In this document: piece after piece, positions 8,288 to 16,912 of the stretch
Layout: each line of letters opens with the position of its first letter
How positions within the stretch are numbered: position 1 is the first letter of the stretch
NCBI GenBank assembly: GCA_001779455.1
Contig: MFKE01000019.1
Span: forward strand, 33,201 to 78,785
Source: Candidatus Gottesmanbacteria bacterium RIFOXYB1_FULL_47_11
Lineage (GTDB): Bacteria; Patescibacteriota; Microgenomatia; UBA10105; UBA927
DNA: 45,585 bases
Direction of reading: 5' to 3'
Made by a program: the position numbers and the translations under genes
Notes under the pieces: model-generated
Told to the model about the DNA's origin: nothing
Seen by the model: the letters and a program-made list of their open reading frames with translations, nothing else
The model's database searches: none

Positions 8288-9772
8288 ATGCCCAACGATT
8301 TTTTTCAACCGCTATCCGACACGCAAACGCCCCCGGGATACAATTATTTCAACGGGTCATCGTGGGTAGTAGGTTCCAGCGGTAAAACAAATGCAATCAC
8401 GTCTCCGGTTGACAACAGCGTGGTCGGATCCGTGCCCGTTGTGTCAACCGCAGAAATTGACTCCATCCTTAAAAAGCTGAAGGCAGCCCAACCGGCGTGG
8501 GAGGCAACGCCGCTCAACCAGCGGGTCAAACTCATGCATCTGGTCGCCGATTGGGTGAAGCACCATGAGGAATATCTGACTGCGCTTATGGTTCGTGAGA
8601 TCGGTAAGTCGGTGGGAGAAGCCAAAAGTGAAATTATCCGCACCGCAGAGCTCACGGATTATTTTGCAGATGAAGTCCAATCCATACACGGAGAGACTGT
8701 GGATAGCGATAATTTTCCGGGATATGATAAAGGAAGAATTGCAATTATTGACCGGGCTGCTCATGGCGTCGTTCTGTGTATAGCCCCGTTTAATTATCCG
8801 GTAAATCTTGCGGCAAGCAAAATTGTTCCCGCACTTCTCATGGGAAACACGGTGCTATTCAAACCTCCCACGCAGGGCGCGCTTTGTGGACTACATTTGG
8901 CACGGATTTTTGAAAAAGCAGGCCTGCCGCCGGACGTATTTGCCTGTGTTACCGGCGGGGGATCCCAGGTCGGTGACTATTTAGTTTCACACCCGTTAGT
9001 AGATTCGGTTGCGTTTACCGGAAGTTCCGATACGGGAGTTGCAATAGCAGGCCGTGCGCCAATGAAGCCGCTTCTGTTTGAATGCGGGGGAAATAATGCC
9101 GCGATTGTGTTTCCGGATGCCGACATGGCCCTCACCGCAAAAGAAATCGTTAAGGGGGGATTTTCCTATGCGGGTCAACGGTGTACGGCAATTAAATATG
9201 TCCTCGCCACACAAAACATTATAGATACACTTCTCCCGGTCGTTCTTGAACAAATGAAAACACTCGTGAAAGTCGGTGACCCGAGGAGTCCGGAAACGAA
9301 ACTCGTCGGCCCCGTCATTTCCACGGAAGTTGCCAAAACGTATCAGGGTTGGATTGACGAGTCGGTTTCCCGCGGCGCAAAAGTGGTTTGCGGCGGGACA
9401 CACGAGAATGCGTATATGCAGCCGACCATCCTAAGCGGTGTTGCACCGGATATGCCGGTCGTTGCGCGCGAACTCTTCGGGCCGGTAATTTCCTTCATCA
9501 CAATTACCGGTATGGGAGAAGCATCTGCCATCATCAATGCAACGCGGTTCGGACTGCAAGCCTGTGTGTTTACGCGTGATGAGGGGACGGGACTGCAGTT
9601 TGCCAAATCTCTTAACGTCGGTTCTGTGCAGGTGAACGGGTCACCTCAGCGCGGACCGGACCATTTTCCGTTTTTGGGCGTGAAACAGTCGGGGATCGGT
9701 GTGCAGGGAGTGCACTATTCACTGGAAGCAATGAGCCGTTTGAAGTCAGTCGTCCTCAATAAACCTCAATGA
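8288..9772 (+). CDS. gapN: non-phosphorylating NADP-dependent glyceraldehyde-3-phosphate dehydrogenase (ALDH superfamily, GapN-like)
   Basis: ALDH motifs FECGGNN and the catalytic Cys in GQRCTAIKY. The length (494 aa) and N-terminal region resemble GapN. Confidence 0.75.
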   Translation: MPNDFFQPLSDTQTPPGYNYFNGSSWVVGSSGKTNAITSPVDNSVVGSVPVVSTAEIDSILKKLKAAQPAWEATPLNQRVKLMHLVADWVKHHEEYLTALMVREIGKSVGEAKSEIIRTAELTDYFADEVQSIHGETVDSDNFPGYDKGRIAIIDRAAHGVVLCIAPFNYPVNLAASKIVPALLMGNTVLFKPPTQGALCGLHLARIFEKAGLPPDVFACVTGGGSQVGDYLVSHPLVDSVAFTGSSDTGVAIAGRAPMKPLLFECGGNNAAIVFPDADMALTAKEIVKGGFSYAGQRCTAIKYVLATQNIIDTLLPVVLEQMKTLVKVGDPRSPETKLVGPVISTEVAKTYQGWIDESVSRGAKVVCGGTHENAYMQPTILSGVAPDMPVVARELFGPVISFITITGMGEASAIINATRFGLQACVFTRDEGTGLQFAKSLNVGSVQVNGSPQRGPDHFPFLGVKQSGIGVQGVHYSLEAMSRLKSVVLNKPQ

Positions 9773-9951
9773 GGCTTCGGTTGCGGCGGCTGCGGCGGCT
9801 GTTTTTTTATTTCAACGCCCCGAATAGTGCTCGTAATTATTTTTGGCTCCCATCCCGGGGGAGGATTATGTTCTGGCTTTGGCAGATTCCCTTTTCCCAT
9901 TCCACCGGATCTTGCGCAAAATTCTAATCGTAACGGCATATAAAATATTCT

Positions 9952-10533
9952 CTAAATTTTAATGTAATGTCTCCGTACAAATGCAATTTGGCTGTCACTA
10001 AATTTTAAGCGTTCAAGAAATGCCTGGATGCGGGCTTTGGATTTTCCCTCTTTTTCCATTTGTTTTGTAATAAGCAGTATCATTTCCGTCGGTTCGTAGG
10101 GGAAAAGGATCCATTTTGTTGTTTGCATGGCAAAATAATCCGGGCGAAACGTCGAGTGCGGCTTATAAAACATGGTGACGGTGGTGATATCTGCCGCCCC
10201 CGCACGACGCAGATATGTGACTGCTCGCTTCAGTGTTTTACCGGAATCTGATACGTCATCAACAAGAAGAATGTGTTTGCCGGAAATAGGATTTTGAAGT
10301 TTAGCCGTGAGCCGGGCTTCTCCATGTGTTTGGATGTCTGAATAGCTTTGAATAGTAATAATAGAAATCGGAATCCGTAGAAAATCAGAAAGGAGATGTC
10401 CGAGTGTTAATCCTCCGCGCGAAATAGCAACAATCTGATCGGCGCGTACGCCGCTTTTGAGCATAGCAGCAGCAAGCTTTTGTGCGTATGAGTGATAGTA
10501 GACCCAGGAGACAGGGAGGTATTTGATTTTCAT
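9952..10533 (-). CDS. purine phosphoribosyltransferase (type I PRTase, Xpt/Hpt-like)
   Basis: PRPP-binding loop ILLVDDVSDSGKTL. 193 aa. Confidence 0.75.
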   Translation of the reverse strand: MKIKYLPVSWVYYHSYAQKLAAAMLKSGVRADQIVAISRGGLTLGHLLSDFLRIPISIITIQSYSDIQTHGEARLTAKLQNPISGKHILLVDDVSDSGKTLKRAVTYLRRAGAADITTVTMFYKPHSTFRPDYFAMQTTKWILFPYEPTEMILLITKQMEKEGKSKARIQAFLERLKFSDSQIAFVRRHYIKI

Positions 10534-10587
10534 AGTTACTTATAGGATGTTGCTTGACGAAAGTCAATATGTCTTTATAATGGGAAT

Positions 10588-11193
10588 ATGGATCAGGGTA
10601 AAATGCTTAAATACGCAAGTATTGCCATCTCCGGCCGGCCGGGCGCAGGCCGCAGCACGCTTCTTAAAAATATCCGTCCCATTGTTGAGCCCTTAGGGTG
10701 GGAAGTATTTTCCGGTGGTGATTGGTCGCGCCAATTCGCCATTAAAGAGGGGAAGCATGCTGCGAGCGACCCCAAGCACCATCTGGCGACCGATTACAGT
10801 GATGAGATTGATCATCAAATAGATGCAGCAATGCGCAAAAAGCTTTCCGACCCGGGTGTGCATGTTGCCGTTGAGTCATGGATTGCCGGTTGGAACATGC
10901 GGGGCTTGAAGCATGTTTTGAAAGTGCTTCTTATGTGTGACGATGCACTTCGGGTAGACCGTGTGGTCAACCGGGACAACACGACCGTTGAAGAGGCAAA
11001 AAATCATTTGTTTATGCGCGAGGAGGCAAATGTATCCAAATGGAAACGCATGTACGGGGTGACCGATTTTTGGGATCCGAAATATTACGACTTGGTCATC
11101 AACACATACTCGCACGGACCGAAAGAAACCCTCGACCTTGTTCTTCAGGCGCTTGGATATTTTACCGCTAACGGACAGGCTGCCAAGAAATAA
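10588..11193 (+). CDS. P-loop nucleotide/nucleoside kinase (cytidylate-kinase-like family)
   Basis: Walker A ISGRPGAGRSTL. About 200 aa. The substrate is not assignable. Confidence 0.55.
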   Translation: MDQGKMLKYASIAISGRPGAGRSTLLKNIRPIVEPLGWEVFSGGDWSRQFAIKEGKHAASDPKHHLATDYSDEIDHQIDAAMRKKLSDPGVHVAVESWIAGWNMRGLKHVLKVLLMCDDALRVDRVVNRDNTTVEEAKNHLFMREEANVSKWKRMYGVTDFWDPKYYDLVINTYSHGPKETLDLVLQALGYFTANGQAAKK

Positions 11194-11217
11194 TTGTTCA
11201 CGTTTTTTGATGTTTTT

Positions 11218-11739
11218 ATGATTCCTACGGAAGAAGAGATAAAAAAATTGTGGGATACGTATCAATTGCCCGATACAAAGCGGGTTCATGTGAGGCTTGT
11301 TGCGCGCGTTGCAAAATTTTTTGCAGAAAAAATACCGGTGCATACCAACCTACTGGTTGCTGCAGCGCTTCTTCACGATATAGACAAAGCAGCAGAAAAA
11401 TTACCCGGTGAACGGCATCCGGACGGCGCCGTGCGGATTCTCCGGGAAGAGGGGATGGGAGAGGTGGCAGATATTGTCGCGACACACCCCTTACACGCGA
11501 TTCTCGATCCTACAATTTGTCCCAAAACGATTGAACAGAAGATTTTGTACCTCGCAGACAAGATGGTCAAGTATGATATAGTCGGGGTTGACCAACGATT
11601 TGCTCTTTGGCGCGCAGAACAATTACCGCAGGAGGCACGAGAAATTTTAGACGCCAGTTACCCGAAAGTGAAAGCGTTAGAAAAAGAAGTGTTCAATATT
11701 GCCGGAATAACGCATGCGGACATAGCGCGCCTTGCATAA
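11218..11739 (+). CDS. HD-domain phosphohydrolase
   Basis: LLHDIDK and a downstream THPLHA. The track start at 11194 is TTG directly after the previous stop. I prefer ATG 11218 (MIPTEEE). Confidence 0.7.
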   Translation: MIPTEEEIKKLWDTYQLPDTKRVHVRLVARVAKFFAEKIPVHTNLLVAAALLHDIDKAAEKLPGERHPDGAVRILREEGMGEVADIVATHPLHAILDPTICPKTIEQKILYLADKMVKYDIVGVDQRFALWRAEQLPQEAREILDASYPKVKALEKEVFNIAGITHADIARLA

Positions 11740-11769
11740 GAGTTGTATACTATGTAAAGGAGGCAACAT

Positions 11770-12309
11770 ATGAAACATTTACTCATCTTAGTCACTTCAA
11801 TAGTGCTGGCAGGTTCTTTTTTCAGCGTGCAGGCGGTTGCCCCAGATTTGGCTACAACAACTTCGGGGGAGATAGTTGAATATACACTTCCGTACCCGGG
11901 GCTTCTTCCTGATAGTCCGCTCTACGTTTTTAAACAGGTGCGGGATTGGATTATGGAGAAGTTAATTGCAGACCCGTTGAAAAAAACCGAGTTTTATATC
12001 CTGCAGGGTGATAAGCGGTTAAACATGGGCATGATGTTGAACCAAAGCGGTAAGGTGGTGCTAGGAGAACAAATAATTTCTAAAGGATCCAAGTATATGA
12101 ACAATGCGATACAGCAACTACTAGTGCAGAAGTCGCAAGGGAAAGACGTGCCGGCGTATATTATAGATAAAATTACCCGGGCCCTTGCCAAACACGGGGA
12201 AATAATTCAGGCGGAACTGACCCGCGCGGGAGACGGGCAGAAGGCGGGGCTTACTGCGTCGCTGACACTTATTACTCAACTACAGGGAGAGCTCGTCAAG
12301 CTTAAGTAA
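11770..12309 (+). CDS. secreted hypothetical protein (179 aa)
   Basis: An AAGGAGG SD, the signal peptide MKHLLILVTSIVLAGSFFSVQAVA and a helical-looking remainder. Confidence 0.6.
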   Translation: MKHLLILVTSIVLAGSFFSVQAVAPDLATTTSGEIVEYTLPYPGLLPDSPLYVFKQVRDWIMEKLIADPLKKTEFYILQGDKRLNMGMMLNQSGKVVLGEQIISKGSKYMNNAIQQLLVQKSQGKDVPAYIIDKITRALAKHGEIIQAELTRAGDGQKAGLTASLTLITQLQGELVKLK

Positions 12310-12399
12310 GCAAATAGGATTTTCCCCGTACTTTTTCTTCACGGAGCATCATCAGCTTCAATAGAAAATACTGCCCGTATTTGATATAGATATTGCCAG

Positions 12400-12452
12400 T
12401 TGACGGCAGTTATTTAGTGTCATACGATTAATTCCGGCACCACACATAGTGT
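12400..12452 (+). promoter_or_regulatory. candidate promoter (TTGACG-N17-TACGAT) overlapped by two candidate NrdR boxes phased 32 bp apart
   Basis: The -35 is at 12400..12405 and the -10 at 12423..12428. The 16-mers GGCAGTTATTTAGTGT (12405..12420) and GCACCACACATAGTGT (12437..12452) were compared by eye with the recalled NrdR-box consensus acaCwAtATaTwGtgt. They match at about 10/16 and 12/16 positions. Confidence 0.35.
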
Positions 12453-12548
12453 TTTATATTTCATTCGTGAAATAACTGAATAGTCAAAACTGATCTCTTG
12501 TAAAAGGAAAAATATTGTTTATATTTATAATCCTGTGCCAACAATTAA

Positions 12549-12995
12549 ATGAAGTGTCCGTATTGTAATTTTGATAATACCGATGTTATTGAAACCAGGG
12601 ACAGCGAAGATTTGTCAGTAACACGCCGCAGGCGCACATGCAGCAAATGTGAGAAACGGTTTACGACATATGAGCGGATTGAAACAGTCCCGATCACTGT
12701 AATAAAAAAAGATGACCGGCGGGAGACATTCGACCGGGAAAAATTAAAGCGGGGCATCTGGAGGGCAAGCGGAAAAACGACGATTAAGGCAACCGATGTG
12801 GACCGGATTGTGGACGAAGTGGAGCGGGAGCTGATCGGCGGTGATTCAACGGAAGTAGCAAGCAAGAAAATCGGAGAACTGGTTGCCAAACGGTTAAAGA
12901 AATTAGACAAACTGGCATATATTCGTTTTGCTAGTGTATTTAAACAATTTGTTGACATTGAAGACTTAGATAAAGAAATAAAAAAATTGCTCTAA
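12549..12995 (+). CDS. nrdR: transcriptional repressor NrdR
   Basis: N-terminal zinc ribbon MKCPYCNFDNTDVIETRD...CSKCEKRFTTYERIE followed by an ATP-cone. Confidence 0.95.
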   Translation: MKCPYCNFDNTDVIETRDSEDLSVTRRRRTCSKCEKRFTTYERIETVPITVIKKDDRRETFDREKLKRGIWRASGKTTIKATDVDRIVDEVERELIGGDSTEVASKKIGELVAKRLKKLDKLAYIRFASVFKQFVDIEDLDKEIKKLL

Positions 12996-13001
12996 AACTA
13001 T

Positions 13002-15401
13002 ATGGAACTATCAGGCATACGCAAAACAGTTTTTTTAGATAGGTACGCCCTCAAAGATGAAAACGGCAAAGCTATAGAAGAAACTCCCGAGCAGATGTGG
13101 CGGCGGGTTGCCCATGCCATAGCCCGGATAGAACCCAAAAGCGGACGCGACTCGTGGGAAGAAAAGTTTTATGCGGCCATGCAGGATTTTGCATTTGTAC
13201 CGGGGGGACGCATACTCTCGGGAGCCGGAACCGGCTACAAAGTAACCTTTTATAATTGTTTCGTCATTCCGTCCCCACACGATTCCCGCGGCGGAATTCT
13301 CAAAACACTCGGGCAAATGGTCGAAATTATGTCCCGGGGCGGCGGGGTGGGCATAAATCTCTCCAGCCTCAGGCCGCGCGGCGCACGGGTAAATAAAGTA
13401 AACGGATTTTCATCCGGTCCCTGCAACTGGGCAGAGCTGTTTAGTGTAGCCACTAAAGATATTATCCAGCAGGGAGGATCCCGCCGCGGCGCTCTCATGC
13501 TTATGTTGTGGGATTGGCATCCGGATGTGGAGGAATTTATCACCGTGAAACAAGATCTGACACGCATCAACGGCGCAAATCTTTCCGTCTGTGTTTCGGA
13601 TGCTTTTATGGACGCGGTTGCGAAAGATGCCGATTGGGATTTGGTTTTTCCCGACAAAACAGATCCGGATTACGATACAAAATGGGATGGATATCTGCCG
13701 AACTGGATTGCACTTGGTAAAAAGCCGATTGTGCAAAAGACCGTGAAGGCGCGCGCATTGTGGGATCTTATAGCAACCGCCGCATGGAAATCTGCCGAGC
13801 CGGGGGTTGTGTTCATGGAACGGTATAACAAATGGTTTAATAATTATTATTATGAATATATTAACTGCGTTAATCCGTGCGGAGAAGAGGGGTTGCCCAA
13901 TTGGGGCGTCTGCAATTTGTGTTCCATAAATCTTTCGGCATTGGTGAACGATAACGGGGAGATGAACTGGGAGCGGCTTACGGATATCGCGAAAGTAGGC
14001 GTCCGGTTTCAGGATGACGTCATCGACGCGGATTTTTATGTGTTTGATGAAATAAAGAAAGTCCAACAACGGGGCGAACGGCGCATAGGGCTTGGGACCA
14101 TGGGTCTCGGGGACGCGCTTATCAAAATGAAAATACGATACGGATCCAAGGAAAGTCTCCCTGTTATCGACAAAATTTATAAAACAATCCGTGATGCTGC
14201 GTATGAAGCCTCGGTGGAAATTGCAAAAGAGAAAGGACCGTTCCCGAAGATCGATAAGAAAAAACATCTGGACGCATATTTTATTAAACAACTGCCGGAC
14301 GCAGTGAAGAAAAAGATGAAAAAATACGGAGTACGAAATTCCGTCATCCTGCAGCAGGCCCCTACGGGTTCCACCTCACTTATGGCAGGAGTCTCCAGCG
14401 GAATTGAGCCGGTATATGAGTTTGAATTTATCCGCCGAGACCGGCTTGGAGAACATATTCTCCGCCATCCGCTGTTTGACGCATGGCATGAAGAGTTTAT
14501 CAAAACGCACGGCAGGGAACCCGCAAAAGAAGATCGTCCTGACTGGTTTGTCTCCGCAAACGATTTAACGCCGGAGGACCATGTGTATGTTCAGGCTACT
14601 ATACAAAAGTATGTTGATGCCTCCATCAGTAAAACGGTCAATGCACCGGCGACACACACTGTAGAAGACGTGAAGCGTTTATATACCCTGGCCTACAAAG
14701 AAGGATGCAAAGGTATCGCGTATATGCGCGAAGGATCCCGCGCAGGAGTGCTGACGCGTACGGAAGAAAAACCCGCCGTCAAGGAAAGTATCCCCACGCC
14801 ACCCGAGGTGAAGCCGCGTCCGGCGGTGCTTGCGGGCTCTACGTATCGCGTAGAAACACCGGTCGGAGAGGCATATGTAACGATTAACACCAATGGCGGT
14901 AATCAACCCGTGGAGATGTTTATTAATGTCGGTAAAGCAGGCAGCGATGTGACCGCCATGGCAGAGGCACTCGGTAAAATTATTTCCCTGACTCTGAGGA
15001 TGGCCTCCCCGTTGCCCCCCATGGAACGGGCCAAAAAAATTGCATCGATGCTTGTAGGGATCGGCGGAGCGCGGAGTCTCGGGTTTGGCGAAAACCGCGT
15101 ACGCAGTCTTCCGGATGCGATCGCGAAAATTATTGACCGCCACTTCGGATTTTTCCCAAAGCGGCATCTCAGTGATGCGGCACCAACCGGAAACGGTAAT
15201 GGTAACGGCAACAAGCCGGCTGCCCAGACGATTGAGGAGGCGGTAGTAAATTTAGGCGCCCAACCGATAGCCGCAACAGCTGCCGTACCGCAGGAAAACC
15301 GGATGGTAACGGTAGACTTATGCCCGAGCTGCGGAGAAGCAAGTCTTGTTTTTGAAGAATCCTGCAAGAAGTGCTACAGTTGCGGCTACTCCGAGTGTTA
15401 A
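13002..15401 (+). CDS. nrdJ: adenosylcobalamin-dependent (class II) ribonucleotide reductase
   Basis: Active-site region VNPCGEEGLPNWGVCNLCSINL. 799 aa. The C-terminus has the CxxC...CxxC zinc-ribbon tail (CPSCGEASLVFEESCKKCYSCGYSEC) known from class II RNRs. Confidence 0.9.
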   Translation: MELSGIRKTVFLDRYALKDENGKAIEETPEQMWRRVAHAIARIEPKSGRDSWEEKFYAAMQDFAFVPGGRILSGAGTGYKVTFYNCFVIPSPHDSRGGILKTLGQMVEIMSRGGGVGINLSSLRPRGARVNKVNGFSSGPCNWAELFSVATKDIIQQGGSRRGALMLMLWDWHPDVEEFITVKQDLTRINGANLSVCVSDAFMDAVAKDADWDLVFPDKTDPDYDTKWDGYLPNWIALGKKPIVQKTVKARALWDLIATAAWKSAEPGVVFMERYNKWFNNYYYEYINCVNPCGEEGLPNWGVCNLCSINLSALVNDNGEMNWERLTDIAKVGVRFQDDVIDADFYVFDEIKKVQQRGERRIGLGTMGLGDALIKMKIRYGSKESLPVIDKIYKTIRDAAYEASVEIAKEKGPFPKIDKKKHLDAYFIKQLPDAVKKKMKKYGVRNSVILQQAPTGSTSLMAGVSSGIEPVYEFEFIRRDRLGEHILRHPLFDAWHEEFIKTHGREPAKEDRPDWFVSANDLTPEDHVYVQATIQKYVDASISKTVNAPATHTVEDVKRLYTLAYKEGCKGIAYMREGSRAGVLTRTEEKPAVKESIPTPPEVKPRPAVLAGSTYRVETPVGEAYVTINTNGGNQPVEMFINVGKAGSDVTAMAEALGKIISLTLRMASPLPPMERAKKIASMLVGIGGARSLGFGENRVRSLPDAIAKIIDRHFGFFPKRHLSDAAPTGNGNGNGNKPAAQTIEEAVVNLGAQPIAATAAVPQENRMVTVDLCPSCGEASLVFEESCKKCYSCGYSEC

Positions 15402-15404
15402 TCT

Positions 15405-15902
15405 ATGCCGATCTATACCCGAACCGGTGATACCGGCGCGACATCTTTTTTTGGCGGCAAACGTATTTCCAAATCAGATCCCCAGGTGGATCTCTATGGC
15501 TCCATTGATGAATTAAACAGCTGGCTTGGACTTTTTAACGATAAGCGAATCACGATTATTCAGAATGATTTATTTAGTATCGGAAGCGTGCTCGCAGGAG
15601 CAAAAGGGAATTTAGATTTTATCGATAGCAGGGTTGGAGAAATGGAACAATGGATAGACACAATGGATAAAACACTTCACCCGCTTACAAATTTTATTTT
15701 ACCGAAAGGGCACATGCATATAGCCCGAAGCGTCTGCAGGCGGGTTGAACGGCTGGCGGTACAGCACCGGGCAAATCCGGCAGTTATTAAATACCTAAAC
15801 CGCTTGTCGGACTTGTTATTTACTCTCGCAAGGAGTATAAATAAAAAGCGAAAGGTAGCGGAACAAATTTGGACAAGTAAGGAATCGAGGAACACTGTGT
15901 AA
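15405..15902 (+). CDS. pduO: PduO-type ATP:cob(I)alamin adenosyltransferase
   Basis: The N-terminus MPIYTRTGDTGATSFFGGKRISKSDPQVDLYGSIDELNSWLG matches the family signature. Confidence 0.85.
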   Translation: MPIYTRTGDTGATSFFGGKRISKSDPQVDLYGSIDELNSWLGLFNDKRITIIQNDLFSIGSVLAGAKGNLDFIDSRVGEMEQWIDTMDKTLHPLTNFILPKGHMHIARSVCRRVERLAVQHRANPAVIKYLNRLSDLLFTLARSINKKRKVAEQIWTSKESRNTV

Positions 15903-15971
15903 CTCAGTGGCTGTGCCGCAACGGTTATAGTCCGGAACTCTCCCTTACGAGGCATCCCGAGCAGGAGGTAT

Positions 15972-16376
15972 ATGAAAAAAATCATTGTTTTTTCTATTGT
16001 AATAGCAGCAATTCTCTTCTTGTTTGGCCCCAAGTTTATTTCTCCTGTAAAGCCTCCCGTCGTGACGAGGGCACCAGCCCCCGTTGTAACGGTTACCATT
16101 GATACCGGCACAACCATTGCGACGCAGTCGGGAGTGGCCGCGGAGACTGCATTTGGAGCTCTTACCGCAGCGGCGGCAAAAAAGCAGTGGGAAGTAAAAG
16201 CGAAGCAATACGATTTTGGCGTATTTGTTCAAGAGATAGGAGCGCTCGCAAACACCAAAGAAAAATCATGGATTTATTTCGTTAACGGGAAATCAGGTGA
16301 GGTCGCCGCAGACAAACAGCAAGTCGCCGCCGGGGACTTCATTGAGTGGAAATATATAACACCAACGATGGAATAA
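15972..16376 (+). CDS. membrane-anchored DUF4430-like (transcobalamin-like beta domain) protein
   Basis: AGGAGG SD, an N-terminal TM helix, a Pro/Val/Thr linker and a C-terminal KEKSWIYFVNGKSGEVAADKQQVAAGDFIEWKY resembling DUF4430. Confidence 0.6.
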   Translation: MKKIIVFSIVIAAILFLFGPKFISPVKPPVVTRAPAPVVTVTIDTGTTIATQSGVAAETAFGALTAAAAKKQWEVKAKQYDFGVFVQEIGALANTKEKSWIYFVNGKSGEVAADKQQVAAGDFIEWKYITPTME

Positions 16377-16377
16377 T

Positions 16378-16881
16378 ATGGATACCCTGTTGCTACTTAT
16401 TATCGGAGTTTTTTCCCGCCTGGTGCCGCATCCGGCAAATATGACTGCCGTAGGCGCGCTTGCAATTTTTTCCGGTGCGCGGTTGGGCATGAAAAAATCA
16501 GTAATAATTACGATTGCCGTGATGGGTATCAGCGATGTGATATTGGGTTTTCACTCCGTTATGTGGGCAACCTACGGGGCGATGGTACTAGCGGTTATCC
16601 TGGGGAGATATGTGAGCAGGAGCCGAAGTGTTGTCCGCATTGCCGGCGTGACTATCACATCGTCCGTTTTATTTTATCTCATTACTAATTTTGCGGTTTG
16701 GGCAGCACCCGGATCGATGTATGCCCATACGGTTTCGGGGCTGTTAGATTCCTACATCATGGCATTGCCCTTTTTTAGGAATTCACTCATGGGAGACATG
16801 TTCTATACTGCCCTGTTTTTCGGCGCACATGAATGGATGCTCGCACGGAAACCCACGCTCAAAGTTATTTCCACTTCGTGA
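16378..16881 (+). CDS. small polytopic membrane protein (about 5 TM), possible solitary vitamin-transporter S-component-like protein
   Basis: It starts 1 nt after the previous stop. The N-terminus is RLVPHPANMTAVGALAIFSG and the whole 167 aa are hydrophobic. The function is inferred from context only. Confidence 0.5.
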   Translation: MDTLLLLIIGVFSRLVPHPANMTAVGALAIFSGARLGMKKSVIITIAVMGISDVILGFHSVMWATYGAMVLAVILGRYVSRSRSVVRIAGVTITSSVLFYLITNFAVWAAPGSMYAHTVSGLLDSYIMALPFFRNSLMGDMFYTALFFGAHEWMLARKPTLKVISTS

Positions 16882-16912
16882 TATGATATACCCAAGAGAG
16901 TGATGTTCCCAT

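Noticed and set aside
9783-9809. Intrinsic terminator after gapN (GC-rich segment followed by T7)
   Set aside because: The GC-rich segment is a direct repeat (GCGGCGGCT twice), not an inverted repeat, so no stable stem can form. It is treated instead as part of the possible small ORF.
10876-11343. 155-aa minus-strand ORF spanning the kinase / HD gene junction
   Set aside because: It crosses two well-supported plus-strand genes and has no motifs. It is a shadow ORF.
12310-12548. Cobalamin riboswitch upstream of nrdR-nrdJ (and in 15903..15971)
   Set aside because: I could not find a B12-box-like GCCACTG core with the surrounding conserved helices on the sense strand. The only GCCACTG is on the minus strand at 15905..15911. 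B12 riboswitches also normally repress B12-independent isozymes or transporters, not nrdJ. A covariance-model scan would be needed to exclude it fully.
12545-12958. 137-aa minus-strand ORF covering nrdR
   Set aside because: It is almost exactly antisense to nrdR and Ser-rich low complexity. nrdR itself is unmistakable.
13410-14291. 293-aa minus-strand ORF inside nrdJ
   Set aside because: It is antisense to a well-supported class II RNR. The translation has no recognisable domain and no upstream SD. It is a shadow ORF.
15189-15212. Short tandem repeat GGAAACGGTAATGGTAACGGCAAC
   Set aside because: It is in frame within nrdJ and encodes a GNGNGNGN linker between the catalytic body and the C-terminal zinc-ribbon tail. 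It is coding low complexity, not a CRISPR array or a regulatory repeat.
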